A DNA stretch of 64,000 bases from Emiliania huxleyi CCMP1516 (taxonomy: Eukaryota). Below, piece by piece: positions 10,423 through 21,796 of this stretch. The position numbers were made by a program, and so were the translations under genes. The stretch is taken from NCBI RefSeq assembly GCF_000372725.1, contig NW_005202427.1, positions 558,001 to 622,000 of the forward strand. The letters run 5' to 3'. The notes beneath the pieces are model-generated. The model was given only the letters and a program-made list of their open reading frames with translations, had not been told where the DNA came from and searched no databases. Every line of letters begins with the position of its first letter. The first letter of the stretch is position 1.

Positions 10423-12579
10423 TCACGACTCCCGCTCAGACCTCGCGGCCCGCGCCACCTGCGATCTCTGCGCCGACAGCCGGGCCTCCGCAGCCAACCT
10501 CGCCGCCTCCGCCGCCGCCGCCGCCTCCACGGCCGCCCTTGCCGCCTCGGCAGCCACCGCAGCGGCGCGGGCAGCCTCGGCAGCCGCTGCCTCCGCCGCC
10601 GCCTCCTCGGCCGCCGCCGCTTCCGCCGCCTGCCGCTCCGCCTCCTCCGACGCCGCCTTCTCGGCCTCGATCCTCGCCGCCTCGGCCGCCGCCTCCTCCT
10701 CCGCTGCCACCCTCGCCGCCTCGGCCGCCGCCTCCTCCTCCGCTGCCACCCTCGCCGCCTCCGCCGCCGCCTCCTCCTCCGCTGCCACCCTCGCCGCCTC
10801 CGCCGCCGCCTCCACGGAGAGGCGCCGCTCCAGCTCCTCCACCTGCTCCTCCAGCTCCAGCTCCGCTGCGGACCGGTTTGTGTGCGCCACCTGCTCCGCC
10901 AGTTCTGTGGCCTTGCTCACGGAGAGGCGCCGCTCCAGCTCCGCCACCTGCTCCTCCAGCTCCAGCTCCGCTGCGGACCGGTTTGTGTGCGCCACCTGCT
11001 CCGCCAGTTCTGTGGCCTTGCTCACGGAGAGGCGCCGCTCCAGCTCCGCCACCTGCTCCGCCAGCTCCAGCTCCGCTGCGGGACGGTTTGTGTGCGCCAC
11101 CTGCTCCGCCAGTTCTGTGGCCTTGCTCACGGAGAGGCGCCGCTCCAGCTCCTCCACCTGCTCCTCCAGCTCCAGCTCCGCTGCGGACCGGTTTGTGTGC
11201 GCCACCTGCTCCGCCAGTTCTGTGGCCTTGCTCACGGAGAGGCGCCGCTCCAGCTCCTCCACCTGCTCCTCCAGCTCCAGCTCCGCTGCGGACCGGTTTG
11301 TGTGCGCCACCTGCTCCGCCAGTTCTGTGGCCTTGCTCACGGAGAGGCGCCGCTCCAGCTCCTCCACCTGCTCCTCCAGCTCCAGCTCCGCTGCGGACCG
11401 GTTTGTGTGCGCCACCTGCTCCGCCAGTTCTGTGGCCTTGCTCACGGAGAGGCGCCGCTCCAGCTCCGCCACCTGCTCCGCCAGCTCCAGCTCCGCTGCG
11501 GGACGGTTTGTGTGCGCCACCTGCTCCGCCAGTTCTGTGGCCTTGCTCACGGGGAGGCGCCGCTCCAGCTCCGCCACCTGCTCCTCCAGCTCCAGCTCCG
11601 CTGCGGACCGGTTTGAGGGCAATAACGGCATGGCATCTGAGCGGCGCTTCGGCCGCCGCGGACTCGGCTTGCCGCCCCCCGCCTCCTCCTCGTCGGACTC
11701 TCCGAGCCGCTTGTGAGGCGGCTCGCGCCGCCGGCAGCAGCAGCGGGAGAAGCAGAGCGCCAGGAAGAGCAACCCGGCTACTCCCAGCGCCAACTCCAGC
11801 GACCGCTCAGGGACGCCCAGCTCCTTCTCCAGCTCCTTGACGACGGGCGCCACGGTCTCGTACCCCGTCCGCACCGTCCCGCCGAGCTTCTCGACGAAGT
11901 CGGCGTGGAAGGGTGGGGGTGGGGCGAGCGGCGGCGGCGGCGGCGTCGGCGGCGGCGTCGGAGGCGGCGGGGTCGGAGGCGAGGGCGGGGCCGCGGGAGG
12001 CGAAGGCGGCGGCGTCGGCGGCGGCGTCGGCGGCGGCGTCGGAGGCGGCGGGGTCGGAGGCGAGGGCGGGGCCGCGGGAGGCGAAGGCGGCGGCGTCGGC
12101 GGCGGCTTCGGCAAAGGCGGCGGCGTCGGCGGCGGCTTCGGCGGCGGCGTCGGCGGCGGCGAAGGCGGCGGCGGGGGCGGGGGCCCTGGCGGTGGCGGTA
12201 GGGGGGGGTGGGGAGGCGAAGGCGGCGGCGGCGGCGACGGCGGCGGCGGCGGCGGTAGCGGGGGCTGGGGAGGCTGTGGCTGGTGCCCCGGCGGCCAGGG
12301 CGGCACCGGCGGCGGTGGGTTTGGCTGTGTCACCCCTGGCGGAAAGTCCGGCGGCGGCGGCGGCGGAGGCAAAGGCGGCGGTGCAGGAGGTGGTGGCGGG
12401 GTCCAGGGCGAGGGCGCCTCTGGCGGCGAGGGATGCGGGTGCCACCACGGCGGAGGTCGAGGCGGAGGCGGAGGCGGAGGCGGGTGCCACCACCACGGCG
12501 AAGAGAGGCTCATGCTGGTGTTTGCTGCCTGTGCAGCGCTCGTGGCTATCGGGCTCGCGCCGAGCGGCCGACGCAGCAA
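10423..12579 (-). CDS. Paralog of the 6397-8556 Pro-rich membrane protein with expanded coiled-coil tail
   Basis: 718-aa ORF; TM region and C-terminus (QVARAARSERES) near-identical to the first copy; different N-terminus. Confidence 0.75.
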   Translation of the reverse strand: MLRRPLGASPIATSAAQAANTSMSLSSPWWWHPPPPPPPPRPPPWWHPHPSPPEAPSPWTPPPPPAPPPLPPPPPPPDFPPGVTQPNPPPPVPPWPPGHQPQPPQPPLPPPPPPSPPPPPSPPHPPLPPPPGPPPPPPPSPPPTPPPKPPPTPPPLPKPPPTPPPSPPAAPPSPPTPPPPTPPPTPPPTPPPSPPAAPPSPPTPPPPTPPPTPPPPPLAPPPPFHADFVEKLGGTVRTGYETVAPVVKELEKELGVPERSLELALGVAGLLFLALCFSRCCCRRREPPHKRLGESDEEEAGGGKPSPRRPKRRSDAMPLLPSNRSAAELELEEQVAELERRLPVSKATELAEQVAHTNRPAAELELAEQVAELERRLSVSKATELAEQVAHTNRSAAELELEEQVEELERRLSVSKATELAEQVAHTNRSAAELELEEQVEELERRLSVSKATELAEQVAHTNRSAAELELEEQVEELERRLSVSKATELAEQVAHTNRPAAELELAEQVAELERRLSVSKATELAEQVAHTNRSAAELELEEQVAELERRLSVSKATELAEQVAHTNRSAAELELEEQVEELERRLSVEAAAEAARVAAEEEAAAEAARVAAEEEAAAEAARVAAEEEAAAEAARIEAEKAASEEAERQAAEAAAAEEAAAEAAAAEAARAAAVAAEAARAAVEAAAAAEAARLAAEARLSAQRSQVARAARSERES
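10814..11612. repeat. 105-bp coding tandem repeat, about 7.6 copies
   Basis: Unit encodes RSAAELELEEQVAELERRLSVSKATELAEQVAHTN; period 105 (e.g. 10921 to 11026). Confidence 0.95.
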
Positions 12580-13135
12580 GGACTGAAGTCCTGTCTGCTA
12601 TCCCGCAGCCGCCACAAGCTGCTATCAAGCTGCCGGCAGCACTTTGGTGACACCGAACCAGAAACATCTGTCAGCGCGGCGGGTTTTTTCCAAGATCCGC
12701 CGTTCACAGTAGGATTGTCGGTGTTCTGCTGCGCGGCTCGGCGTAACCGTGGCGGGCTTTTTCCTGAAATCCGCCGTTCACAGTAGGGACGTCGTTGTTC
12801 TGCTGCAGAGAGAGAGGGCGTCCTATGGGACCTTGCCCTCCTCCCGACTTTCTCTCGCGCGCGCGTGAACAGGGCTCCAGGCCCCAAATGACGTGTGAGT
12901 GTTAGAGTTGTTTGGTATTGCTAAACAACTCTCTATCTATCTCGAAAGTTGCGGTGGCCCGGTGCCGGTGGCCGGTGGACAGAGAGTGGGCTCTCTCGCG
13001 GGTGGGGCTGGGGGGGGGGGTCTCCGCACTGGTCCGGCACCACCGCACACACGTTTAAATTACCGCAAAATCCGCACGCGAGTGCACCGCAGCCTTCGTT
13101 GGTCCACACCACTCCCCGGTCCACTATCGGCGCTC

Positions 13136-14101
13136 TCACCCGCCCCCCCCGGCTCCGCCTCTCCGCGGCCCGAAAAAGAGCACCAAGCTGTACCTCGCGC
13201 CTGCCGTGACCCTCGTCACGGCGTGCAGCAGGCAGGGCCCGTGAGCCGTTCCATCTCCCTCCCTCCGGCCCACCGCCCACGCGCCGCGCGCCGCCGTGTA
13301 GGCGAGGAGGACGCCGCCTCCGTGCGCCTCGTCGTCGGACAGCGCGACGTTGACGGTGCACGCGGCGCGGTCGTAGTGGAAGGGCACCCATGGCCTCGCT
13401 CCCGGCACGTACCGCCGCACGATCACCTCCACATCGCCCTCGAAGCCGCGCCCGCCGCCGAGGGGCTCCTCGGCAGCAGGCGCCGCGCCCACGGCTGCCG
13501 CTGCCCTCGCCACGGCCGCCGGGAGCCGCCAGAGCGCGGCGACGGCGGCCGCGCCAGCGATGCGCTCGAGGCCGTCGCGGTCGAGCGTGAGCGACGAGGA
13601 GAAGGAGCGCGCTAGCAAGTGGTCGCGCAGCTCGGCCAGCTCGGCCGCTCCCTCGCCTCGCTCCCCGCCGCCGCCACCCTCGAGCGACGCGTCCACCGCT
13701 GCTCGCAGTGCCGCGCACGCACGAGCGTCGAGGGCGCCTGGCAGCGTCAGGAGCGGCGGGTCGACGGCGGCGGTCGGCGCCTCTGGCGGAAGGCCCTGCA
13801 GCATTTTCAGCATTCGCAGGGAGCGGAGCGACGAGCCGGGCGCTCCGCTCCCGGCTGACGAGTCGTCGAGGCGCAGCGCGGCACGAAGGGCTTCTGTTGG
13901 AACCGTCGAGGGAGGAGCGCCGTCGACGAGGAGGCGGCGTAGTGGCGCCGGGAGCGTGGTGGCGAGGTCCTCGTGTGCGGCCGCGCCTGCAGCGGCCGGT
14001 GCATCCATTTGCAGCGACGCCTCGGTGGGAAAGAATTTCACAACGAAAGGCTCTCGCGCACGCACGATTAAGGCGCAGACGACGGCTTCCTTAGAAGCCA
14101 T
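13136..14101 (-). CDS. 2OG-Fe(II) oxygenase (prolyl/lysyl hydroxylase-like)
   Basis: VRRY...PFHYD (HxD), TVNVAL, GGG.L, LLHAV (distal His), G.RYSLVLFF (RxS); ATG at 14101. Confidence 0.85.
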   Translation of the reverse strand: MASKEAVVCALIVRAREPFVVKFFPTEASLQMDAPAAAGAAAHEDLATTLPAPLRRLLVDGAPPSTVPTEALRAALRLDDSSAGSGAPGSSLRSLRMLKMLQGLPPEAPTAAVDPPLLTLPGALDARACAALRAAVDASLEGGGGGERGEGAAELAELRDHLLARSFSSSLTLDRDGLERIAGAAAVAALWRLPAAVARAAAAVGAAPAAEEPLGGGRGFEGDVEVIVRRYVPGARPWVPFHYDRAACTVNVALSDDEAHGGGVLLAYTAARGAWAVGRREGDGTAHGPCLLHAVTRVTAGARYSLVLFFGPRRGGAGGGG

Positions 14102-14883
14102 CGTCCTCGCCTGGGAAAAGAAAGGAAAACCGCGCTGGCAGGGTCCCCACCTGCACGAGCAGGATTTTGGAAGGACGATCAGGGGGACAGGTGGGCTCTC
14201 CTCTCCTGCTCCTGACAAGGGACACGACAGGCTCGCAGCGCGGTGCACGGTGGAATCCCAACTCCACTGGCGGTCTCATCTCAGTCTAGGAAGCGACCTT
14301 CCTCCGGCTTCTCACCGGCAGTCTCTCACTACCACGGGCACACTGACACAGGGGTGGCAGGGGCGGCGGCATGAGTCTCCCACATACTATGCGGGCCTCA
14401 CTAGAGGTGCGGCCTGCGCGTGTCCTCGCCCTTGGGAAGGTCTTGGGGGGGGGGGGAGGGGAAGGGGCTGTCTGTCTGTGCATGCATGCATGCATGTGTG
14501 TGTGTGTGTGTGTGTGGGTGCGTCGCAAGGCCTCCACACGTGTGCTCGTCGCCCACATCCTTGAACAGAGTCTCGCGGCCCGCGAACTCCGGCCTCCGGG
14601 ATTCGCGGGTCGCCATGCAGGACGTTGGTCGACGGGCGAAGCGAGGGAAACGCAGAAATAGAGACCTCGAACGCGAAGCGTTGGCAAAAACTGATGTCTT
14701 GGCCTCTGATCGCGGGGATAAATATTTGGGTCTCGATATCGGACCCACAAGAGCTAACCGAAGTGGCAAAAACTGGCTCTTACATGGGCATGGCCGGGGT
14801 TTCTGCACCGAATATCGAAAGTGTTGGACGATAAAATTCTTTTCCCGCACAAATAAGGCGCCCAAGGCGCTTGGGACAGACGC

Positions 14884-16358
14884 ATGGTCTACATCTGCCT
14901 CCTCCACGCTGGCAAGTTCTCGACGCCGGTGCAGCCATACGCGTCGGTCACGCTCGAGGGCGAGTGGGGAACGTCCTCGTGCATCGTGCGCGGGCGTGAC
15001 GTGCGCCACTGCCCGCGCGACAAGGCGCAGGGCCGGCACAAGTGCTGGGAGCGCGAGTGCCTGGACGAGACGGACTTTTGCGCCGCGGAGTGGCGCACGA
15101 ACTGGACCGAGGCGACCAAAAAATCCTTTTGGGGCTACGACCTCAACGCGACGGAGGTGCAGCCGCGGTGGCACAAGGAGGAGATGGCGCACACGTGCTG
15201 CCACTTCCCGCCCGCGCTGAACCTGCTCAAGGCGTCGCGCGACGCGGATGGGTGGGACGCCGCCCGGGCGCGCGTGGACCTGTGGGACGAGGACTGGCTC
15301 AACTCGAACGACTACCTCGGCGGCGCGTGGGTGCCGATCGAGCACACGACGGCGCGCGAGGCACTCGACCTGAACATCGAGGAGCACAAGGAAGACCACT
15401 CGCTCTCGGGGCGGAACCTCTCCCTCCGCGTCCTCGTCTCGTGGCCCCGCCCGGGCGGCTTCGCAGTCTCGCGCGAGTGGAACACCGAGCCGCGCAGGCG
15501 CACCTCCCTCCCATCACACCTCCCGCTCCCCTGTCGGCTCTGCTCCAGCCACCGCGCCGCCCGCAGCCCCCAAGCCACCGCGCCGCCCGCAGCCCCAAGC
15601 CACCGCCACCGCTGCCCGAGGCGCAGGTGGATCTCGTCCGGCATGTCGGCGACGACCGCAGACCCGCCCTGGGAGGAGCACGGAGCCTCCTTCGACCACG
15701 ACGTCACGTCCGTCCTCGGGGCGCAGGCCTCCGCCACACACCCCTCCAACCCCTCCAACCACTCCACACCACTCCAACCCCTCCAGACCCCCCTCCAACC
15801 CCTCCAACCCCTCCACACCCCCTCCAACCCCTCCACACCCCCCCCAACCCGTCCGACCCCTCCACACCGCCCGCCGCCCCCCGCCCCCGTCCGGCACACC
15901 GCCCCCCCCCCCCACCCACCCCCCCCTCCGCCACCCCCCCCCCCCTCTCCCCCGGCCAGGACTCCTTCGCCTTCACCGACCAGCTCTGCGCTTGCGACTG
16001 GACCGACGAGCACTCGTGCCCCGGCCAGCCTGCGGGCAGCGGCCAGCCGCCCTTCGCCACCGACGACGGCTCCGAGTGCTTCCGCTTCTGCTGCCCGCCG
16101 ACCGCCGCCTCCCGCTCCCTCCCCGTCGCCGCCCCCCCTCCCTGCGGCTGCGGCTGGACGTCGGACTGGGCCTGCCCCGCCAAGGGCGCTCCCGGAGCAA
16201 AGGGCCTGGCACACGACGACGGCTCGGCCTGCTACCAGTTCTGTTGCGAGGAGGGCGGCGCCTCCTCCGCCACCTTCTGGGCGCTCGCCGGCGAGCAGGA
16301 GGCTGCGCGCCCTTCGAGCGCCGCCGCTGCCGCGATGCCCCTCGGGGCACTCCCGCCG

Positions 16359-16389
<31 letters not shown>

Positions 16390-16427
16390 TTCGCGCGAGG
16401 AGGCAGCGGCGAGGCGCCCTCGTGTAG
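14884..16427 (+). CDS. Multi-exon protein with C2-like domain, two Cys-rich repeats and a hydrophobic C-terminus
   Basis: RVDLWDEDWLNSNDYLGGAWVPI (C2 loop); last exon from ~15960 has CxCxW...CP...DDGSxC..FCC twice; C-rich repeat intron at ~15725-15959. Confidence 0.6.
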
Positions 16428-16962
16428 AGCCGAGAGCCGGAGCGGAGCCCGCCCCAAACCTGTGGAGCATAGCCCGCCCCATACCTGCACCGAAACGCCT
16501 CTGAGCTAATGTGCCATCCGCAACCGTATTATCTGTAAGGGGGGGGGGGGGGAGGGGCGCGCGCAAGATAGCAAGATACGCGGGGCGAGATGTGTGAGTC
16601 CTGAATGACGTTGACGAGAAGGTATTGGCTCGAGTATAGCGAGCGAAGGGGAGTGAGTTCATACGGTTGAGTGTGTACAGGTGTAGAACGAGAGGAGAGT
16701 GTGTGAGAGCGATGGAACATGCCAAATGTGCTCAACGTGCTCCGTCTGCGTGTTGTGTGATCTGTGAGACAAACTACTGAAAATGGGGACCCCCACGCGC
16801 CCCAGATTTTACACTCTGTGAGTGTGACGTATCTCGGTTCTCGCGGACCCGCTTGTTTGAATCTACACACAATATACAAACGACGCTAAGCTTAAGCACG
16901 GACGGCACACACACGGGGAGTGTTAGCGCGGGTATATAGAGCGCCTCCTCGGCGCCTTTCTG

Positions 16963-19040
16963 CTACCCCTCCCCGCGAGTTCTCCCCCCCTCCGCCGTCC
17001 GAGCCATCTCCGCCTCGAGCATGCGCGCCATCTCCTCTGGCGGCGTCTGGCGGAGGCTGCCCCGGCGCGGCTCGCCAGACACCACCTCGCCCGTCACGTC
17101 GGCGGCGATGCCCGGCCAGAGCCTGCCGTCGAGCGTCATCGCGCGCAGCAGCGAGCCGACAGCAGCCTCGCCGCCGATCACGCCGCCGAGCTCCGCGCGC
17201 AGCCGCTCCGCGGTCGATCGCGCGCGCGAGCCGGCGGGCCAGCGCCCGTCTTCGCCCGCCGCGAGCGCGTTGAGGAACGGGCCGCTCCGCTCCCCAAAGA
17301 TGGCGCGCGCCGCCTACAGGACGTGTCTCGGACGCGTCATGGGACACGTCCCGGCCATGTCCCGGACAGTGGAGCGCGTCCGCCGACTCGACCATGCGCG
17401 ACGCGTGCAGCCACGCGATCGCCGTGGCGTGCTCGCGAGGGAGGGCAGCGGGGCCCCCCTCCTCCCCTCCCCCCTCCTCCCCGCCCCCCTGCCGCCGCGG
17501 CGGCGGCTGCGGCGGCGGCCGCAGCGGCGCCGAGCGCACCGTGCTGGCAAACTCCGTGGTGCCCTTCTCGCCGACCCAAAAGTTGAGCGAGAGGTTCTCG
17601 TCGCTCGCCCCCGCCTGCCGCACCTGGTGCCAGTGGTACCGCGGCAGCCAGAGCACCTCGCCCGGGTGCAGCTCCCCCTCGAGTGCGCGCGCCGCGGCGA
17701 GGGCGGGCGTGGTGCGCAGGTCCGGCTCGCAGAGGTCTGCCATCGCAAAATTGTCCATCGGGTGGCCGACCTAGCGGGAGATATGGGGAGAGATGGGGTG
17801 GCCGACCTGGCGGGAGAAATGGGGAGAGATGGGGTGGCCGACCTAGCGGGAGATATGGGGAGAGATGGGGTGGCCGACCTGGCGGGAGGAGATGGGGGGA
17901 GAGATGGGGTGGCCGACCTAGCGGGAGATATGGGGAGAGATGGGGTGGCCGACCTGGCGGGAGATAGGGGGAGAGATGGGGTGGCCGACCTAGCGGGACT
18001 TGCCGGAAGGCTCCTAGAAGGCCCCTAGGCGCTTCCTAGAAGGCCCCTAGGCACTTCTAGGACCGGGCGGGAGATATGGGGAGATATGGGGAGATACGGG
18101 GAGAGCTGGGGAGAGCTGAGGAGAGCTGGGGAGAGAGATGGGGAGAGCTGAGGAGAGCTGGGGAGAGCTGGGGAGAGCTGTGGAGAGCCGGGGAGAGATG
18201 GGGAGGGATGGGGAGATACGGGGAGAGACGGGGAGAGGATGGACCGGGTACGGGTAGAGCCGGTAGCTCTCCGAGGGCGGGAGGAGGAGCAGCCGCTTTG
18301 AGCCGCGCAACTGGGCGAGGAAGTTGTGCAGCGCGTCGTAGTGGCACGGCGTGACGCCGCCCCCGTGGCCGGCCCACAGCTGGGCCGTCTTGAAGGGGAG
18401 GGCGCCCGCCGCCTAGAAGGCTCCGAGAAGGCTCCGAGAAGGCTCCTCGAAGTTTCCCAGAAGGCTCCTTCAAGGAGAGGGCGCCCGCCGCCTCGCACGC
18501 CTCGCGTAGCCGACTGCAGCTGTGTCTAGGAAGTGTCTAGGGGGTGTCTAGGAGTTGTCTAGGAGGTGTCTAGGGAGTGTCTAGGAAGTGTCTAGGAAGT
18601 GTCGCACGCCTCGCACGCCTCGCGCAGCCAGCGCCAGCCGACCTCGCCCAGGTCCGCCGCCAGCTGCGCAGACCCGCTCAGCTGGCGGCACGGCCCGCTC
18701 ACCTGGAGATATGGGGCGATATGGGGAGAGATGGGGAGAGATGGGGAGAGATGGGGAGAGATGGGGAGAGATGGGGAGAGATGGGGAGAGATGGGGAGAT
18801 ATGGGGGGGCACTCACCGAGCCGTCCTCCTCCTCGTCGTACCACAGGAGCGGCGCCTGCGGCACCAACAGGGCGGGGCACACTCAGTCACACCCGGGGTG
18901 GAGGGCCGCTCGAGCTCCTCAAGCCGGGCCTGCAAATAGTAGCGCCACACGCCACGCGGCCCGCCGCCCTCGCAGCCAGCCTCGCCGCCCTCGCCGCCGC
19001 CCTCGCCGCCACCGCCGCCGCCGCCCTCGCCGCCGCCCTC

Positions 19041-19083
<43 letters not shown>

Positions 19084-19487
19084 TGCAGCTGCAGCAGGCC
19101 CTCACTTCGCAGCGTCTCTACGAATTTTTGAAAGCTCATCGGCCGCACGCCGCCCTCGCCGAGTCCCTCGCCGTAGTGCCGGGCGTGCACAGAGACTCGG
19201 CGAGGCGCGAAGTGCACTGAGAGGGCGTTCTGAGGGCCGAGCGCATCGGCGAGGTAGTCAAAGCTCCAGTGAGCCAGCGACGCGACCAGCGGGCAGCCGC
19301 CCGTCAGGATGCACGGCTCTCCGCTCCGGAGGTGCTGCTCGACCAGTGGATCGTCCCATCGCAGCCGGGGGATCTGGCCTCGAACGAGCCACGCCGGACA
19401 GCCGGCCAGGCTTCGCCGCTCGCCGCGAACCCGCCGACGCGCGCTGCAGCGAGTGTGCGCTCGATGCACGGAGTGGGCATCGAGCAT
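16963..19487 (-). CDS. JmjC (cupin_8, FIH/JMJD5-like) hydroxylase, multi-exon
   Basis: GEPCILTG...WSFDYL; YYLQ; LWAGHGGGVTPCHYDALHNFLAQLRGSKRLLL; LYPYP; LHPGEVLWLPRYHWHQV; LSLNFW. Exons are separated by repeat-filled introns. Confidence 0.9.
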
Positions 19488-19932
19488 GGCTCCCGGGACA
19501 CAACGCTGGCGGCGCTGCCACCACCGGCTTGGGAGGGCCAAGCTTTGGGAGGGCCAGGCTCTCTGGGAGAATCCGCCGAGCGGAGCGACCTAGCACCGCC
19601 TGAGCACCGCTGTGCCGCCCGAGCCACAACTTGCCCTCGCGCCAACCTCGTTTGATGGCTCGAGCAACGCAAGGGGGGAGGCCCGGGCCCCCCACTCACT
19701 CACTCCCTTCCTTCCAGACACACACAACCCGCACACAACCCCCACAGCGTGGACGACTGCGTGTTGAGAAACACCAAGCGGCGAGGCGAGGTGAAGGGGT
19801 AAGGGGCTGTGTGGGGCAGAATCTTCATCTCGTGACTACTCCATCTAGCCTGGGGGCTGGGGGGGAGAGAGAGATTTTTCAGCCAACAAGAAATGTGTCA
19901 CACAGAGTGATTTGCGCTCGGCAGCTTGTCGA

Positions 19933-21252
19933 CTACCAGCCGGAGCTGGAGTCGGAACCGTAGCCGAGATGGTCTTCGAGGGTGTCGAATATGTCATTCG
20001 CCTCGCTAGTGGAGCCGGTGCCGCATGAGTCTTGGTCGGAGGAGGAGTCGTCGGAGGAGCGGTCGGACTGCTCGCGCTTGTCGCGCCTGATGCGCTCTGC
20101 GAGGGGGCCGGGGTCGTGGTCGTCGTGCTCGAGCGTCGGGAAGACAGCGCGCCGTGCGACCTTCTCGGCCGTGCTGCGTGGATAGAACCAAGCGTTGACC
20201 AACCTGTACCGTCCGAGAGCGGCCGCCTGAGCGGCCTGAGCGGCCGCCTGAGCAGCCGCCTTTGCAGCAGCCTCCTCGGCCGCTGCTGCGGCGATAGCCG
20301 CTGCTTTGGCCTTGGCGCGCGTCTTGTCGTTTTGCCTTGTCTTCTTCTTGCTCTTCAGGTCGTCATCAAGTGACCGGCTGACTCGCCAGAGGTCGTGCTC
20401 TGGACGACTGGGGCAGGGCGACTCACGGGAGGAGGAGGGGGACGAGGGCGGAGGCAGGCACAGCTGCTCTCCGTTGACCTCGTGTTGGTGGCAGAACCCG
20501 ATGGTTCCGTCGCAGCCGCGCACTGTGTCGTGAGGGTTGTAGAATTCGAGAGGGAATCGAGTCAGCGCTTCCGGAAGAGAGAGAGGAAGACGGGTCGAGC
20601 GCAAACAGTAGATGAAATCGACGACGTAGCCGCCGCCGCGCCGCCGCCCGCCCTCGTGGCCACCGTAGACGCGGCTGAGGAAGAGGTCGGCGGTGCGCCC
20701 GCTGGGCGGGCAGGCCTTGAAGAAGTTGTTCAGAGAAGTGCGAGTGTTGAGGCCGCGCGCAGCGGCCTGTATCTTGGTGATGAGGATCGTGATGATGATG
20801 GTGCCCTTGCGCAGCAGGAACGCGCGCATCGCCCGCTGAACGCGGGTCGCTGCGGCTTCCTGTGCGAACCCCAGTCGGATGTTCCGCAGCGTGGAGGTCA
20901 TTGCTGCGATGTCGTCATGCCCAGCAGCCACCCCAGCCTCGCCAAAGGCGCCAGCGAGGCTGGGCAAGCCCGGCAGCTCTGGCGAGCCAACGCGGCCGGC
21001 AGCAGGCCCACCTGGGTTCGAACTGGAGGCCAGTCGATCGCAGCCGGGCGCTGACCCGACCGAGCCAGGCGAGGAGTGTTGTGGCTTTGGTCGATTTGGT
21101 GCCTCATAAGGCGTCGGCGAGATTGAAAGTTTTTGCAGCACGAATCCGACGCGCTCCGTCTCGTCGGCGTCAGTAGGCGCCATGAGGCCGTCTGAGGCCG
21201 TGGAGACGAGGCCGGGCGCAGCCGTGGCCGGCCGCGCGGCGGCGCCGGACAA
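19933..21252 (-). CDS. Hypothetical intronless protein with two IQ-like motifs
   Basis: 439-aa ORF; AATRVQRAMRAFLLRK and ITKIQAAARGLNTR. Confidence 0.5.
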   Translation of the reverse strand: MSGAAARPATAAPGLVSTASDGLMAPTDADETERVGFVLQKLSISPTPYEAPNRPKPQHSSPGSVGSAPGCDRLASSSNPGGPAAGRVGSPELPGLPSLAGAFGEAGVAAGHDDIAAMTSTLRNIRLGFAQEAAATRVQRAMRAFLLRKGTIIITILITKIQAAARGLNTRTSLNNFFKACPPSGRTADLFLSRVYGGHEGGRRRGGGYVVDFIYCLRSTRLPLSLPEALTRFPLEFYNPHDTVRGCDGTIGFCHQHEVNGEQLCLPPPSSPSSSRESPCPSRPEHDLWRVSRSLDDDLKSKKKTRQNDKTRAKAKAAAIAAAAAEEAAAKAAAQAAAQAAQAAALGRYRLVNAWFYPRSTAEKVARRAVFPTLEHDDHDPGPLAERIRRDKREQSDRSSDDSSSDQDSCGTGSTSEANDIFDTLEDHLGYGSDSSSGW

Positions 21253-21398
21253 GGCGAGCGAGAGCGAAGCGACCAGCGGATAAGGAGGATTCTCTCTCTC
21301 TGGGGGGTCGCAGAGGGGGGGGGGGGGGCAGAAGGAAAGATATGGAGGTGAGGCCAGCTAGTGTTGCGGTTGTTGGACACCCCTCCCGTCGTGAAAAA

Positions 21399-21523
21399 GG
21401 TAAGGTAAGGTAAGGTAAGGTAAACTTCTCCACACACACAAGGTGGTGGGGGGCAAGGGGGGGCTACCCTCGCGTCTCCACGTCTAACGACAGGAGCCCC
21501 ACGGCATTCAAAGTGCAAGGCCC
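21399..21523 (-). mobile_element. SINE-like/LINE 3'-end repeat with (TTACC)n tail, copy 1
   Basis: About 125 bp nearly identical to 34165-34292 and related to 49709-49835. Confidence 0.65.
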
Positions 21524-21796
21524 GGTGAAAAAGGTGGCGGGTCTCCTCGAGTCGTCGGGTGTGACTGTCGTGCATCTCCACTGACATATAGCTTAAAGCT
21601 CTCTCAGGGTTGCATTTTCATAGTACACTACACACTCAAAAGGCGCCCTCGATCCAGGCGCCCTCCAGAGCATGCCGTTGGCCGCGCGCGCGGCAAAGTC
21701 AAACCGCCCACCGAAGGCGTCATGATAGCCAATCCGCATGTGGACCAAGATCATACGCGCGGCGCCAAGCGCCGCGCGCGAAAGCAGGCCCCCCTA

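Noticed and set aside
10304..11840. Long plus-strand ORFs in three frames
   Set aside because: Antisense shadows of the GC-rich 105-bp coding repeat.
21399..21523. Possible HDV or hammerhead ribozyme in the tailed repeat
   Set aside because: Only simple hairpins found; catalytic core consensus could not be fitted on either strand.
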